In this document: one piece after another, positions 10,441 to 22,967 of the stretch
How positions within the stretch are numbered: the stretch's first letter is position 1
How the letters are laid out: the number at the start of each line of letters is the position of its first letter
Assembly (NCBI GenBank): GCA_964187785.1
Contig: OZ076414.1
Coordinates: 68,138,001 to 68,202,000 of the forward strand
Direction: 5' to 3'
Length of the DNA stretch: 64,000 nt
DNA from: Amphiscolops sp. MND2022
Lineage: Eukaryota
Notes under the pieces: generated by a model
Databases searched by the model: none
Seen by the model: the letters and a program-made list of their open reading frames with translations, nothing else
Told to the model about the DNA's origin: nothing
Program-made: the position numbers and the translations under genes

Positions 10441-13400
10441 GGGTCCATTCGTCTAGCAGACGGATTCACGGGTAATCAGTGAAACACGTGTTGATTAGCT
10501 CCAACCACCAACGGAACTTCACCTTGCCTCAATAACAGTCTATCAAGTGGAAGCAGAGAATCAAGTTTTCCGTTGTAGAAGTCCTGAGACTTTCTAAGCA
10601 CAGTTGCAAATGTTGTGGATTCACCAATGCGTCAACGCGTGCGGCAGTTACCATGAGCCACCAGTTCGGGGCTGGGCTGTAGACACCGCCAGGTTCTACT
10701 TCCACTCCATACCGATCAAGCAACAAGTCAGCAGTGATGCATCTGGCCATTTGCACCGGTTCTAATTCGAAATTAAATGGTCCAAACACAATGCTGGGAG
10801 GTACCGGAGGTACCACAGTCGCTAACGTGAACTTTAAGCCCTTGCCATTGCTGGTCCACTCTTTGAACCGGAGGCATGGTGCTTTTGCAACGCCTGCTAC
10901 GTCGATCTGTTGCAAAATCGTCTCGACTGGGTATTTTTCAGTCCGTTCCACCCCAGAGAAGGTTTTTTCTTCTCGTATGATGATGCGATGAACTAGTTCG
11001 GCGTGTTGTCGTCCCTCGTGGGGGACTCCCCGGGCTCCAGTGGGAGCATCATGTTTTTCATTCATTGCCAGCACGCATACGCAATCGCGTAGGCCACATG
11101 TGCCACATTTGTATCTGGGCTGTCGTTTGCGTCTCAGCTGGTATCGGTTCTGAGATCCCTTTGAGTGTCCCGTTTTGGTTTTCGCGCTTTGGACGGTGTT
11201 TTGCCCTGAGCTTTTTGCTGGTGGGTTTTCTTCCGAGGTCTCCCCCTCCCCCTCTTGATAGAAGGCATAGCCACTGAGGGTGAGGATGGACGGGAACAAT
11301 GCGCAGTGGAATCTTTGGCTTGATCGGGCCAAAAAGGATAATTGCTGAGGTAGTCGGTAAGGGAGGGTTGAGTCAGCAACGGAGCAAAGGTACCGGATAG
11401 GGATAGCTCCGGGGTATTATCTGACTGTGAAATTTGTGGTGAAGGGGAGCGCATTGGCTCGTGATCGGAAAACAATTGTGGGAGGCAGCCGAGCATCGAG
11501 ACATCCGATAAAGTGTCGGGTGCCGATGGATCGTTGATTGCTTCTGGAGAGGATTGGGTTTGAATTTGTTGTGGTGAATAGGTGGGGATGGGAAGCATTG
11601 CCCCGGACGTCTCTTCGTCTGTGTCGGACGTGGAGTAGTCGAATGGTTGGTAATGTTGGCGGGTTCCTCCCGCACGCAGCTTTGTGCGTAGTCTAGTATC
11701 CATCCAGTGACGCTGACGAGAAGGTAACGAAGCATTCGAGGCCTCTGAAAGTAGTTGTTCAGTTTTATAGGAAAGTTTTGAACAGTCATCATGGGAGGCC
11801 TTCATGAATTCGTTGGAGACTTCCGCCGTCAGATTCGGAGCATTTTCCGATTGCATCCGCGTGGGTGTGCCATGACGGGCAAACCACTTCTGAAGTAGCA
11901 ATCGAGAAGTGGTGATAGCGTCATACTCGTTTTGACTGCATGGGATGGCTTCGGCGAATTGTGAAAAGTGGTCGATAATGACCAAGATTCCGGTATTACC
12001 GTCATCAGTGGGAAAGAGCTTCTTGTGATTGTATTGTACCAACTCATTGAAGAACGGAAGCGTACATCCCCAGGCTTGTCTCGAACCTGTTGGCAAGTGA
12101 GACACTGGCTGACGTATTCGCCCACCGTGCGGCGTATTCCAGGCCAGGTATGGCGCTCTTGTATTCGCGCCACGACCTTACTATTGCCTTGGTGTCGCTT
12201 GGCATCATGTGCACGAAAAAGGATCTCTTGTTGATACAACTGTGGCATTACAATCATACAGGGTCGCTCGTGCAGCGGACGCTGTGATGGCGCGTATCCT
12301 ACACAGAGAAAACCATTTGAGTTCAAGAACAGTAATTCCTTCTTCTGCTTGAAGTAGTTGCGGGCAAACGCACGTACGTCTTCGGGAAAGATGTCTTGAT
12401 CTATAGTTTACCATGGACCAACTTTTTGAGTGCAAGGACATGGACATCTCGGTTTTGTGCCAGCACAAGATCCTTGATGCCATGGAAAGTGTGGGTGTGC
12501 TCGTGCAGCTCAGTGTTCACACTGCGAATGGCCATTACTGCCTGCTTGATATGGGTGGGAGCACTTTGAGGTGCCGCGCCCTCGGTGTTAGCCAAGTCAT
12601 AGGTGGTTCGTGAAGCTACATTGGTTGCGTGTGTGGGTAATAGGTATTTTATATCGGGCTTCTTCGGTCACATCTATCCAATCTTCCGGGTAATCGGGAT
12701 AGAAATCTTCGTGGGCGTGTAGGATAGGAGGTGGCGGTGGGGCAGGGGAACCTGCAGGGCCTCCTTCTGTTTAATTCGTCTTTTTTACTCGTTGTGTGCG
12801 GCGGATCACGCGTTAGACCAGACCAGGGGGGTGTGGTTGCAGGTTTTTCAAGTGTGGAGGTAGCTCGGGATGATTGGGAATCACCCGTCCCTGCCCATCA
12901 AACCAAGGTGCAGTGGGCAGCCGTTCGTACCCGTCTTGGGATAGAAACTTCCAGCGTTCTGCAACTGGTGGTAGTTTTTCGAGCTGTTGTTCTCTTCATC
13001 GGCAATCATTGGTGCGTTTGGACAAGCCATCGGCATTGCGATGTTATGTTCGTGGTCGGTGTTCGACACAGAAATGGTACTTTTCCAGTGCCATGATCCA
13101 TCTACCAATGAGGGCTTGGTCTGTAGAGTACGTTTTTAGCCTTGATAGCGCTTGATTATCCACTCTCAACGTGAACTTTTGTGGACACAAGTATCTGTGG
13201 TTCTTCACAATGAAATGATATGCCGCGTACGTTTCTAGCTTTGGCGCTCCATATTTGGCTTGGGTGGCAGTGAGTTTTTTGCTGCCATACACAATGGGGC
13301 GTAAGCGTCTTTCTCCAGGTGGGCCTTGCCACTGATGAAGTATGCCTGAAATGGCAACAGCACTGGCATCAGTGTCCAGCACAAATTCACCTCCGGAATC

Positions 13401-15735
13401 CGGTTGCGCAAGAGCAGTGGCGACAATGAGTGCTTTGTTTTATCTCATTGAAGGCCAGTTTTTGTTCAGATCCCCAGGCAAAAGTGTCCTTTATGCCGGT
13501 GATGGCATGCAACGGAGCTACCAATTTGGCATGCCAAGGAATAAACCCGCGGTAATAATGGGCGAAGCCTAGAAAGATTTGCATTTCCGTCTTGTTACGC
13601 TGAATTTCCCAGTCGCGTAGCTTTGCGACAGCTTTGGGGTCAGGTTTTATTCCTTCTGCGGACACGACACGACCTAGGTACTTGATTTCGGTTTTCGTGA
13701 AGTCGCATTAGCAACCCTCATACTGAAGCCAGCTTCACGCAAGCATTCGAAACTTCACGAAGACGTACCATGTGGTCCTCCACCGTTTCTGTGGCGATGA
13801 CGATGTCATCAATGTAGGCCATCACCATGCTACCTTCACGATTCACGATTTTGCGTAGCGCTCGGGCTCTTGCTCTTTGGAAGGTGGCAGAGGCGTTACT
13901 CATACCAAAGGGCATGCGTCGCCACTCAAACAATCCCAGTTTGCAGGCAAAGGCTGTTTTCTGGCGGTCGGCTTTTCCGACGGGAATTTGCCAGAAAGCC
14001 CAAGCTAAATCGATGCTGGTGTAGATTCTAGCTTTGCCAAACCTGGCGAGGCTCTCATCGATGCGAGGCAATGGATATGCATCCTTAACGGTGACCTCGT
14101 TCAAAGGGCGAAAGTCACAACAAAAGCGTAACTCGCCATTCTTTTTCTTGACCATGACTATCCCGCTTGCCCAAGGTGACAAGGAGGGCTGAGTCATGCC
14201 CAGTGCTAGCAAATTGCCTACCTCTTGATTGGCACGTTCTGCCTTCTCAGGGGACATGCGTCTCGCACCTTCGCGGTGGGTTTCTATTTCGACAGGATGT
14301 TTGGCAATGGTGCATGGACCAATATCAGCCTTATGTTTCATGAACAAATCGTCAAATTCAGTTAGAATATTTTCGAGCGAAGCGCTGACTTTGGGACCCC
14401 ATAGGTCCTGGATCTCTTTGAGCTGTGACTCAGGTCACTGTACTGGAGCCATGAGTTCGGGATCTGTACGCTTACGTATCTCGCGATCTGAAAGACCTTC
14501 CTCGTTGGGGTCTGTTGAGGAAAAAAACTCGAATTCAGAAGAAAAAGTTAATTGCGAATCAGATCGTAGTTCATCGTTTCATAAATTTTGTTTACAAACG
14601 CAAATCGGTCGTTATTTAGCTCAGTTTGTTGGGTAGGTTAAGGTGTAGACTGCTGTTGGATGGCCTGGTAGACCAGTGATACAGGGACTACGTTGCCCAG
14701 CCGGGTTCCTGTTCTTTTCCGCTGTAGGTTGCCGGTCAGTTTCATCACGCTGCTAAAAACATGGCCTGCTTCACTGACAGTGGCAACGCTGTCCTCTAAA
14801 AACACAATGTTATGCAGCGATGCGTCAGCGATTGCCGCATTCAGTATCACATTTTTCAATATCAATGGCTCAAGTTCATTGGTGATAAGTTTAGCTATGA
14901 CAACCGTTCGTTCGAATGGTTGTAGAACCGAGTCGCTGTCTAAAGCGACGGGAGTAGCCACAGAAGCATCACCTACCTGTGTATGTGCATGATGCCAAAC
15001 AGGTTTAACAGGCGCGCGGACCACCATCTTCATGAAGGTTAGATCCACGAGCACTTGATAGGCTCGGAGGAAGTTACGGCCCAATAGGAAATCTTCCACG
15101 CCCATGGCATCATCCACTACGACAAAATTGGTTTCGAGTTCGTAACCACCCAGCTGAAAACGGATCTGCTCGGCCAAACCAAAGGTTTTGATTGTTTTAC
15201 ACTTGGCGGCATACAAGTCAATTTGGTACGGTTTCAAAACGGTGCCTGTTTGAAAGGCTATGCAGTTGAAGGCTGAAAAGGTCAGGATGGACACACCTGA
15301 ACCAGTGTCAACAAGTCCTCGCAATGGAATTGGTGCCGCCTGGGGCACAACAAAGGAGACAACGAGTGAAGCGCGCTCGTCTATTCGTGCCTCACCAATG
15401 GGTTCTTGATGATTTTTGTTGTAGCACTTGAGTTCTTGTGGGCCCAAGCAGATGCCAGGGGGAAAGACATCCACTACTACGCAGTCTTCAGACATCACAT
15501 CTACCCCATCCATGGTGGCACAGATAGGCACGGGGGAATAAGCTGTGAGGGTGTCAGAATCACCTGGGACGTACCATTCCTTGGGGTGGGGTATTTCCAC
15601 GCGTTTGTACAAGAGTGATAGTTCGACCCAGAGTTTGGCCAATGTTAATGTCGGCCGACGCAATTGTTCTGCTGCCAACATCAAGTGAATAAAAATCAGC
15701 GTTCGTCCTTGAGGGTCAAACGTGGTTGGTTCCAA
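10441..15735 (-). pseudogene. pol: pol of element A (protease, RT, RNase H, integrase, C-terminal extension)
   Basis: LVDTGSG (14638-15735); RFCCDFRPLN, DLAWAFWQ, MPFG, YIDD (13718-14347); LDTDAS, ELETYA-type RNase H (13044-13382); H..HQG...CLTC zinc domain (11829-12326); IDHFSQF core, truncated after FMKASH near 11790; AT-hook RGRGRPRKK. Confidence 0.92.
10445..10795 (-). other. Macrodomain copy 1 (TARG1-like), more divergent, two in-frame TGA stops
   Basis: IVFGPF / MARCITADL / DRYG / EPGGV / WWLMVT / HLQLCLESLR / LIDCY*GKV...LINTCFTDYP*IRLL follow the same motif order; the TGAs are plausibly CGA>TGA changes. Confidence 0.55.
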
Positions 15736-15770
15736 GCAGGTTTGAACTTGCTTGGCACCGCAGGTAATAG

Positions 15771-18102
15771 TCAGGGGGTGTAGAACACGGGTGGTTCTGC
15801 TGGGTGTAGCATTAGCACACGATCATCTTCTAAAGGTACGGTTTGGGCAGCGACTCCAGTCGATTCTACTTCTGCCCAGCCATTGTAAGCAAGCTCCTCG
15901 TTCGAGATCACAAAGTTTCCAATACACGGTGAATCCACATGGTCAAAGATCCCGCAATGAGCACTTTGGCGGATTCCAGGATAGTTCTCCAGAACGCCAT
16001 CAGTTACGTCCTCGGCTGTTATTTTCACTCCCTCGGGTTCTGTTGCAGTTGCAGGTTTGCGAGCTTGGTCGCGGTTAGGGCAGTCTCGAGCGAAGTGTCC
16101 GGTTTGACCACAGTTGAAGCAAGCGCCTAGGGGAAGGCGTGCGGCGGGTGGTGCTGCTGCCGGATTTGCTGGGGCATTGTTAGCAGGCGGGGGAGGTAGA
16201 ACCCCGGGAGAAAGCACCATCTTGTTGGGTGGTAACGGTGCAAAAGGATGAGGCCTTGACCTCATAGCGTACCTGGGGTCATACGGTGCAGACTAGGATC
16301 TAGTACGCTGTGATTGTGTGGGTTGTGGATCGTAAAGATTCTACCGTGGGAGGTTCGCTAACAGTGGTTTCAGATGCATAAACAATGGATAATTCTCTTC
16401 GCAAGATGGGATCGCGAACGCCTTCAATGAAGCGCTGCAGGATTTCGTAACGCTTGATTGTGACGGGCTCCTCAAGAAAGCCTTGGCTTCGTAGCCCTTC
16501 CAGCGCGTCCAGATACTGCATCCAGTCTTCCCTGTCAGATTGCTGCCGAGTGGTAAAGGCTTGGCGCACTTGCATGCGGCTGCCTCCAGTCCCAAATCGA
16601 CTAGCTAGCAATTCGAATACTTTTTCCGGGGTGTCCCTTTCAGACTCGGCTTTTTGATAATGTAATTGCGAGCATCACCTTCCAAGTGTCCAATGATGCT
16701 CCAGGTTTTATCGCCAGGAGTCGCCTTGGCTTGTGTACGCTGTAAATAACGTCGCATTACGAGGGTCCAACCATCAATGGAACCTTCTTTGGACCCTCTG
16801 TAGACGCTGGGCCTAGCTTGGGTTGGGTCACGTCCAGTCAGCAGAGGGGCCAATTCTTTGGACATGGCCTTGGAAATGGCGACTGTGAATCGCAGCTGCT
16901 CTGGGGAGATTATCTCCTCTCCCTCACTCGGGGCTGGAGAGTTGTTTCGACTACCTCTGGTGGCTTGCATGGACAACTCGCCGTTCGCATTGTCCTTCTT
17001 GCGGGTACTGCTAGCGCAAGGTTTGCCTGTCAGTATTCCTTCGCTCGCGGTAAAGAACATTGAGTTGGTTCCAACGGTTCTTACCCTGGCGGTGGTATGG
17101 GCTTCATCCTCCGTACTGCTAGTGTGTGAGCCAGGAGTTGCTCTTGTGTCTGTCACGTCGATGGTCGACTTCGTGGCCGGCATTGGGTCTACTCCCTATG
17201 GAGTCATCGATGGCATTGGTACAGCGCTGAGTGAGTTGGGTGTGCACACGTGCACCTGTGTGGTTTTCTTGCCCATTAGTGGCGGTATAATCCGTTTTGG
17301 GGCTTGTTTTCAAGGTTATTGGTGGGTTGGCGGTGGGCATAGGCACCATCTTACTTGTGGATGCAACAGGTTTGGCAACCTCAGCTTGCTCAACCTCCGG
17401 AGCCACTGCATGGGATACATCACCAAGATTACGCATCTGGTCACTGAGTTCAGCCAGCTGTACTTCCATGCGGAGTTCGCGTTGGAGGAGTAAGTCCTTC
17501 ATTTTATTCAGGCGGTGACCCATGGCGTCCACCTTTGCTGCTTGCACCGTGGTCTGTTGGGTTGCGCTCCTCAGACTACATTTGACGGCGTCCTGCGTGG
17601 CTTCCAATTCTGCAGTCATGACTTTGTGTTGCTCATTGCATTCGGCACGAGTGCCGGCCAGGCGTGCTAAGGCTCGTTGGGCTTCGGCTTCTGCTTGCAG
17701 CATTGCGGTCCGCGCAGCGGCGGCCTCCTCAACAGCCCGGTATGCCGAAGACCTTCGCGACGAGGTAGTAGATACGGTACCCTCACGATACGACGACGCG
17801 TTCTCACGAGTTAGTTCATCTTGCACATAATGTTGGGGGTGCGTCCTTTGCTTGCCAGAGGTCTTTGCTCGACAAGCCTCCAGACGATACTTGGCATAGT
17901 TCATCCCACCAACGTAATTCATGCCTTCCAGGATAGCATCGGTATCTTTACTAGCGGGGCTGTCGTTGCCATTGTGTGTTCCTTTGCACCCGGCACGCAC
18001 GGGGTTCACATCCACCGCCGTTTGGTTCATTACAGTGCATAGACAAGCTTTTTCTGGCCATTTTGCGGAAACCACGACAAGGATTTGCGGAATCCATGAC
18101 AC
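15771..18102 (-). pseudogene. gag: gag of element A
   Basis: Frameshifted pieces 17119-18102, 16605-17183, 16300-16611, 15771-16265; coiled-coil N-terminal part, capsid-like YRGSKEGSIDGW...HLEGDA, CCHC knuckle CFNCGQTGHFARDC. Confidence 0.88.
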
Positions 18103-18441
18103 GCTTACGGAATTCCAATCTCTTTGATGTTTGCGGAATCTAAGAAAAGCCCTACCTCTGGTGTGGCGGAAAGTAGGGAAATCTTACTTTCCGCAAATTC
18201 AAATCGCGGCTTCCACGGAAAAATTTAATGAGCCAATTAACCGTCTTGGACTCAATTATCTATCTTAGATTCCGCAATTGAAACTGGTCCTCAATTTTAA
18301 TCAGTCAATTTAATCTCTTGGATTCCGCAAAAAAGTCTAGTCTCCTCAAATTACTAGCCTATTCTGAGAATCCTAGATCCCTGGATCTCCTTAAAAGACC
18401 TAAGATTGGTACCAAATAGAATTTTTGAGAGTTTTAATGTG

Positions 18442-18600
18442 ATTATGTTGGTATTGAAGTTCTTTTTTTGAAGAACTTTTGAAATGATGGAAACCCTTGA
18501 TTGGGACCAAATAGTTTTAGTGTCATTATGTTTGTATTGAAGTTCTTTTTTTGAAGAACTTTTGAAAATATGGAAACCCTTGATTGGGACCAAATAGTTT
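18442..18600. repeat. 83-bp tandem duplication, each unit with an AAGTTCT...AGAACTT hairpin
   Basis: Units start at 18442 and 18525 and are near-identical. Confidence 0.85.
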
Positions 18601-18841
18601 CATACAGTACATAAATGGTTTATTGGTTTTTCGGAATATTTTAGATTTTATGTAGATAGTATTTATCTGTAAATATCCACATAAATTTATAATTATTGAA
18701 TTAAAATGGATTTGAATTAAAGTCATTAGTTACAACACATTTTGCGCACAGAGTTGAAGAAAGTCCAATTTATCTTTATCGACACTGGATTACACATTTC
18801 GTTGACGGTGTCTCGGTTTCCACGAAACTAGTGGACATTAA

Positions 18842-19315
18842 TCAATTTTGCTCGTTTAAAGACATGTCTGTGGAATCTAAGGTGTTACACGCACAGAATT
18901 GTGTTTGTAGAAATTTAGCTTGTTTATGCACTGTAATGTTGGAATTGGACCACAACCCAGCCGTTTGAGGCGACGCCAATTCGCCTCGGTTGTCTTGAAT
19001 CCATTGTCCGGTACGGATAAGTTCTTCCGATACGGGTGAGTTTAAGGCCATAGCGTTTTGCTCTTCTCGTCATTGTTGATCGACAGTAACGCTGTCGCTC
19101 ATTGCTTCTGAAAAGGAGGAACCGGTTAACAATGATTCCGCAGATGGCCACTCTCTCAGACTCGCCTGACTAATAGTATCTGAACTTTCTCGTTGGGTCG
19201 AGCTTATCTCTTGCGTTTCGCTCGGATCGGTAGCATCACGTGCACTAGACTCGCTAGCTTCCTCCGCGTTACGCGTGAACAGCCGGACTATGGTTGCCAC
19301 ACTCGCCCAAAACAT
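18842..19315 (-). pseudogene. Upstream ORF0 in the leader of element A (~157 codons, one internal TGA)
   Basis: ORFs 19070-19315 and 18842-19051 share one frame and are separated by a single TGA; start context gcaccATG. Confidence 0.45.
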
Positions 19316-21908
19316 GGTGCTTCAACCGTTGACCTGCGATACGGCGCAAGATGATACACCAATATTTCAAGTTTTTAAGATATTGGGCCGTACTGCCGTT
19401 CGTCCGTACCAATCTCTGGAAGCGTTACCCGTGTGAGAGGCGCCCAACTTGACTGTGGGGTGTCCTGAGCATGCTAATTCCGTTCCCAGAGCACCGAAAT
19501 GTGTTAGACCTCCAGTCGTCCCGGTGTGGACTTAAGCAATTTTCAATCACCGTATGCTTCGAGAAGGTCCAAAGTGCTTCTAAGGGTTGTACGAGGCTCA
19601 AAATTTCACACGTAGTAGGTTTCCACCCATAAGATTGGAAAACAAGCTCAGATCTGGGTTAGCCTGTCTATGAGACGTTTGGGAAGGGTTCACAGTAATT
19701 TTTGACTTTTCTCGAACAATGCCAAAAAAACACAAGTGGCTCGTGTCCGTCACCTAGCGGTCAGAATTGGCTCAAATTTGACCAGAAATCCTACACACAC
19801 GTAGGTACACGGAACTGACTCTTGATTTGAGTCCCGATGCTTGTAAACTACCTCACCTCGGTACAGACGTGCGGTACTCCTACGTATTAAAAGGGGACTA
19901 AATGCACTCTATTTGCTCGCTATCTGGGCACTGGTTGCCAGCAGCGGTCCGATTTTTCGGCTAGCAGTGTGCCAACTAGTATCAGTTACGGTGGTGAGCA
20001 ACGATTTGTCCTCACTTTTCGGCTAAGGTGCTCGGGCACTTCAAAAAATTTTTGAAATAATTTCCTTTTTTTGTACCTGCTTTTGTGCAGTACGTTTTCG
20101 TCAATTTCTCAACGAATACTGCACCGATTGGCACGAAACTTGATACACGCTCCCAGTGGACACCCACAAGGCTGGTACCACAGCTCGATCGAAGCTCTCT
20201 GGCTTACCGGGAATCTGGGCTAGGCGTGGACAGGGTCTTCGAAAAAAAACAGTCTTTTTTGACGCTTTTTTTGCAACTCGACCAAAAGGATCTACACTAC
20301 CTAGGTTACGGCAGGATCAGGGAGTCTAACGTGTTTCGCCACTGGTTCTAGCACTGCCGTGGGCTTTCAATTAGCCGTGTTCGTCCAGCGTAGGGCACGA
20401 CTGGTCCTACGATTTTGGCAAATTTTCGCAATTTGAGCTTGCTCTGTCATCACAATGTCAGAAGGTTTTTCTCGATCTTGGTTGGCACCAGGCCCGCCAA
20501 AATCACGGTATAGGCGTCTCTTTCACTGGTGGTTGCGAAAAAGCAACTACGTTTCTGCTAGGGTTCGGGAATCTATGACCCGACCCTAACAGTTGGACAG
20601 TCCGGGTTTGTGGAAAATGAACCAATTTCAGTGCGTTTTTCCACTTTTCTCGACACTGAATGGGAATTTTCGCACGCGGTTTTCACCACATTGCGTTATT
20701 TTTATCACACAAACAAAAATTGAGAGCGCTTGGGCTCCTAGAGTTGATTAAAAGTTTTGTTAAATGAGCTTTTAATGATGTGCTCTGCAAGGCCCAAAAA
20801 CAGCCAAAATCACAAGATTTTTACCTTTTTCTGGTCTCTATACCAGCAAAACGATTAGCAAAAGCTATTTCCAGTACCCTGGGGTTGTGATTCACTCAAG
20901 AAACTGCTTTACAGCAGTGCCGCAGGCCTCTACACCTAGGTACAATAGTGATTTTTGGGCGTTTTCCACCCTTTTTTCCCAAGTTTCGCACTTTTTTACT
21001 GAAAACTCCAACTTTTTCACCTGAAAGAGTCACGGGAACCAGCTCCCTTCAGCGGTTTTTCCCAGCTCCCTTCAGATTTGAGGCTACTTCTGCCACCATT
21101 CCGGCAAAGCTAGCTTGGATTTACGGAGTACCCGTGCTCCAATAAAAAAAAACACTCAAAAAACGCGAAAATTTGTCTTTTTTGCGAAAATCTCTGTTTT
21201 TTCTTCGCTCAAAGGCGTTTCACTGGGTGACGTTACATTATAAAACAGTGTCACAGACCTTCACCAACGATTCCCCATGAAAAAAGGTGCAATCTCAAAA
21301 TTTTCGCGAACCATGACCCATCTGAGTGACATCTTTGGTCCAAGGGGGTGCATCTTCGCCACGCAATTTCTCCACATCCAGACCAGCTAGAGACTTGCGG
21401 TTTGGACCGTTACCTTTGTCAAGAGTTGTTCTCTCTGTACATCAAATTTCACCCCTCGCAGACGTCTCCACGAGAAATGGGAATTGGCGAACCCAGACAC
21501 TCCATTTTGCATCCCCTTCGCTCTGGTGGAGTATGGTTTATTCTTCAGCGGGACCTGTCATACATGGCTCAAAAAGCTGAAAATAGCTAAAAATACCGGT
21601 TAACACACGTAGCCACGTGCTACGAAGGCCATTACCTGTTAAACAAATACCCGCTGATGGACTGACATATCATGACATTTTAACACAAGCATTTACGGTT
21701 TTCTCAACCTCAAAATGCCATTTTCGCGCCTGAAAACGCATTTTCTTCGGGTTTTTCTGGGTTTCTTTCGTTTCAGCAGCCAAGAATACATACAGTCGTT
21801 AAAATAGGAGCGAAACTCTGGCTTCTCCCACGGAGTCGAAACGGTCTAGGCGCTAAACGCCGGAGAGTAAGAAATTTTAAAACCATGAAGGAAAGCTTCC
21901 CAAAGCCG

Positions 21909-21926
21909 ATCCCTCTGTGGTCGCCA
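21909..21926 (-). promoter_or_regulatory. Primer-binding site of element A, tRNA-Arg-like
   Basis: Plus strand ATCCCTCTGTGGTCGCCA resembles the recalled 3' 18 nt of metazoan tRNA-Arg(TCG); it lies 15 nt from the LTR. Confidence 0.7.
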
Positions 21927-21941
21927 AAAAATGATGTTCCA

Positions 21942-22664
21942 TGTAATGAAAAGCGCTGAGCGTTTATTCGCTACAAGTATGGAGGAACCGAAGCTATGGG
22001 TCAAGATTCGGGACTAATCACTACAACTCCAGTCCATTTTGTCCTCCTAAGGAATGCCGGTCCCGAGAAGGGAGAACCGTCTCTAGGGATGCTTTCTGAC
22101 CTGTTCCGGTCTGTAACTGCTACTAGTCACATGAAACACGCTTTTTCTTCGTATCCACTGCGTAAATAGCCTATAAAAAAGGTGGCAAGTTGCATAGAAC
22201 TAAATTAAACGATCCAGGTGGCAATCTATTGTAAATGACATCAACAAAAACAAGGGTAGCTCTCGAATCAAGAATTCATCAAACAAATCAATAAACACAT
22301 CAAAGAAGAGTTAAAATCCTGTTTGGCGAATTGGGTCTAGGTGGCATGGCACTGGTTCTCGGGGTCGACACAACCAGGGGTCCGGATGTTGCAATTACTC
22401 GAAACATGCTGATTCTGTACGAACTGCGATGGGCACCGTGGAAATTAGCGCATAGGCTACGGTTTTTCGGTTCCGTGACGTTTCACGCACTTTTTCGACA
22501 TTCTGTTATTTTCCGCCTCGCAGGCTCTGCTTGCGCACTCTCTCTTTGGTTTTGCGGGACTGGTACCTCGTGAACTCATGTTTGAGGGCCACGTCACTTT
22601 TGAACGAATTTTTCAGAAAATTGTCAAACTTCGAAAATTTTGTTGATCACAGGGTGCCGTTACA
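21942..22664 (-). repeat. 5' LTR of element A
   Basis: Direct repeat of 3546-4266 with TG...CA ends, adjacent to the PBS. Confidence 0.93.
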
Positions 22665-22967
22665 CTATATCTTAGTAAAGTAGGTGTTCTTGATGTTTTT
22701 CTTTAGTTAATATGTCTTTTAGGACGGTATCTTTTTTCAGATTGAGATTGATGATGTTGACAAAGTACCCAAAATAAAGACGCTAACAGAGCTGCATTAT
22801 CAGGCCTGGATACAAAACCAAAACTTTTGGCAAGATTTTATTTTCCATTATGTGAAGAGAGTACAAATCAAACGTTCTTTACAGTTGTTTAGAGGAGTAT
22901 GTGATGAATACAATGTAGGTTACGTTTCAATTCAAGACAAGTGCGTGGTGAACGTCTAGACGACTAT

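Larger units (their letters stand above)
3546..22664 (-). mobile_element. Ty3/Gypsy LTR retrotransposon A, ~19.1 kb, decayed, with large accessory region
   Basis: Paired LTRs, PBS and PPT; gag-PR-RT-RH-INT order on the minus strand; many frameshifts and stops. Confidence 0.92.

Noticed and set aside
5178-17830. Numerous plus-strand ORFs over element A, and similar ones over B and C
   Set aside because: Antisense shadows of the coding strand with no motifs of their own.
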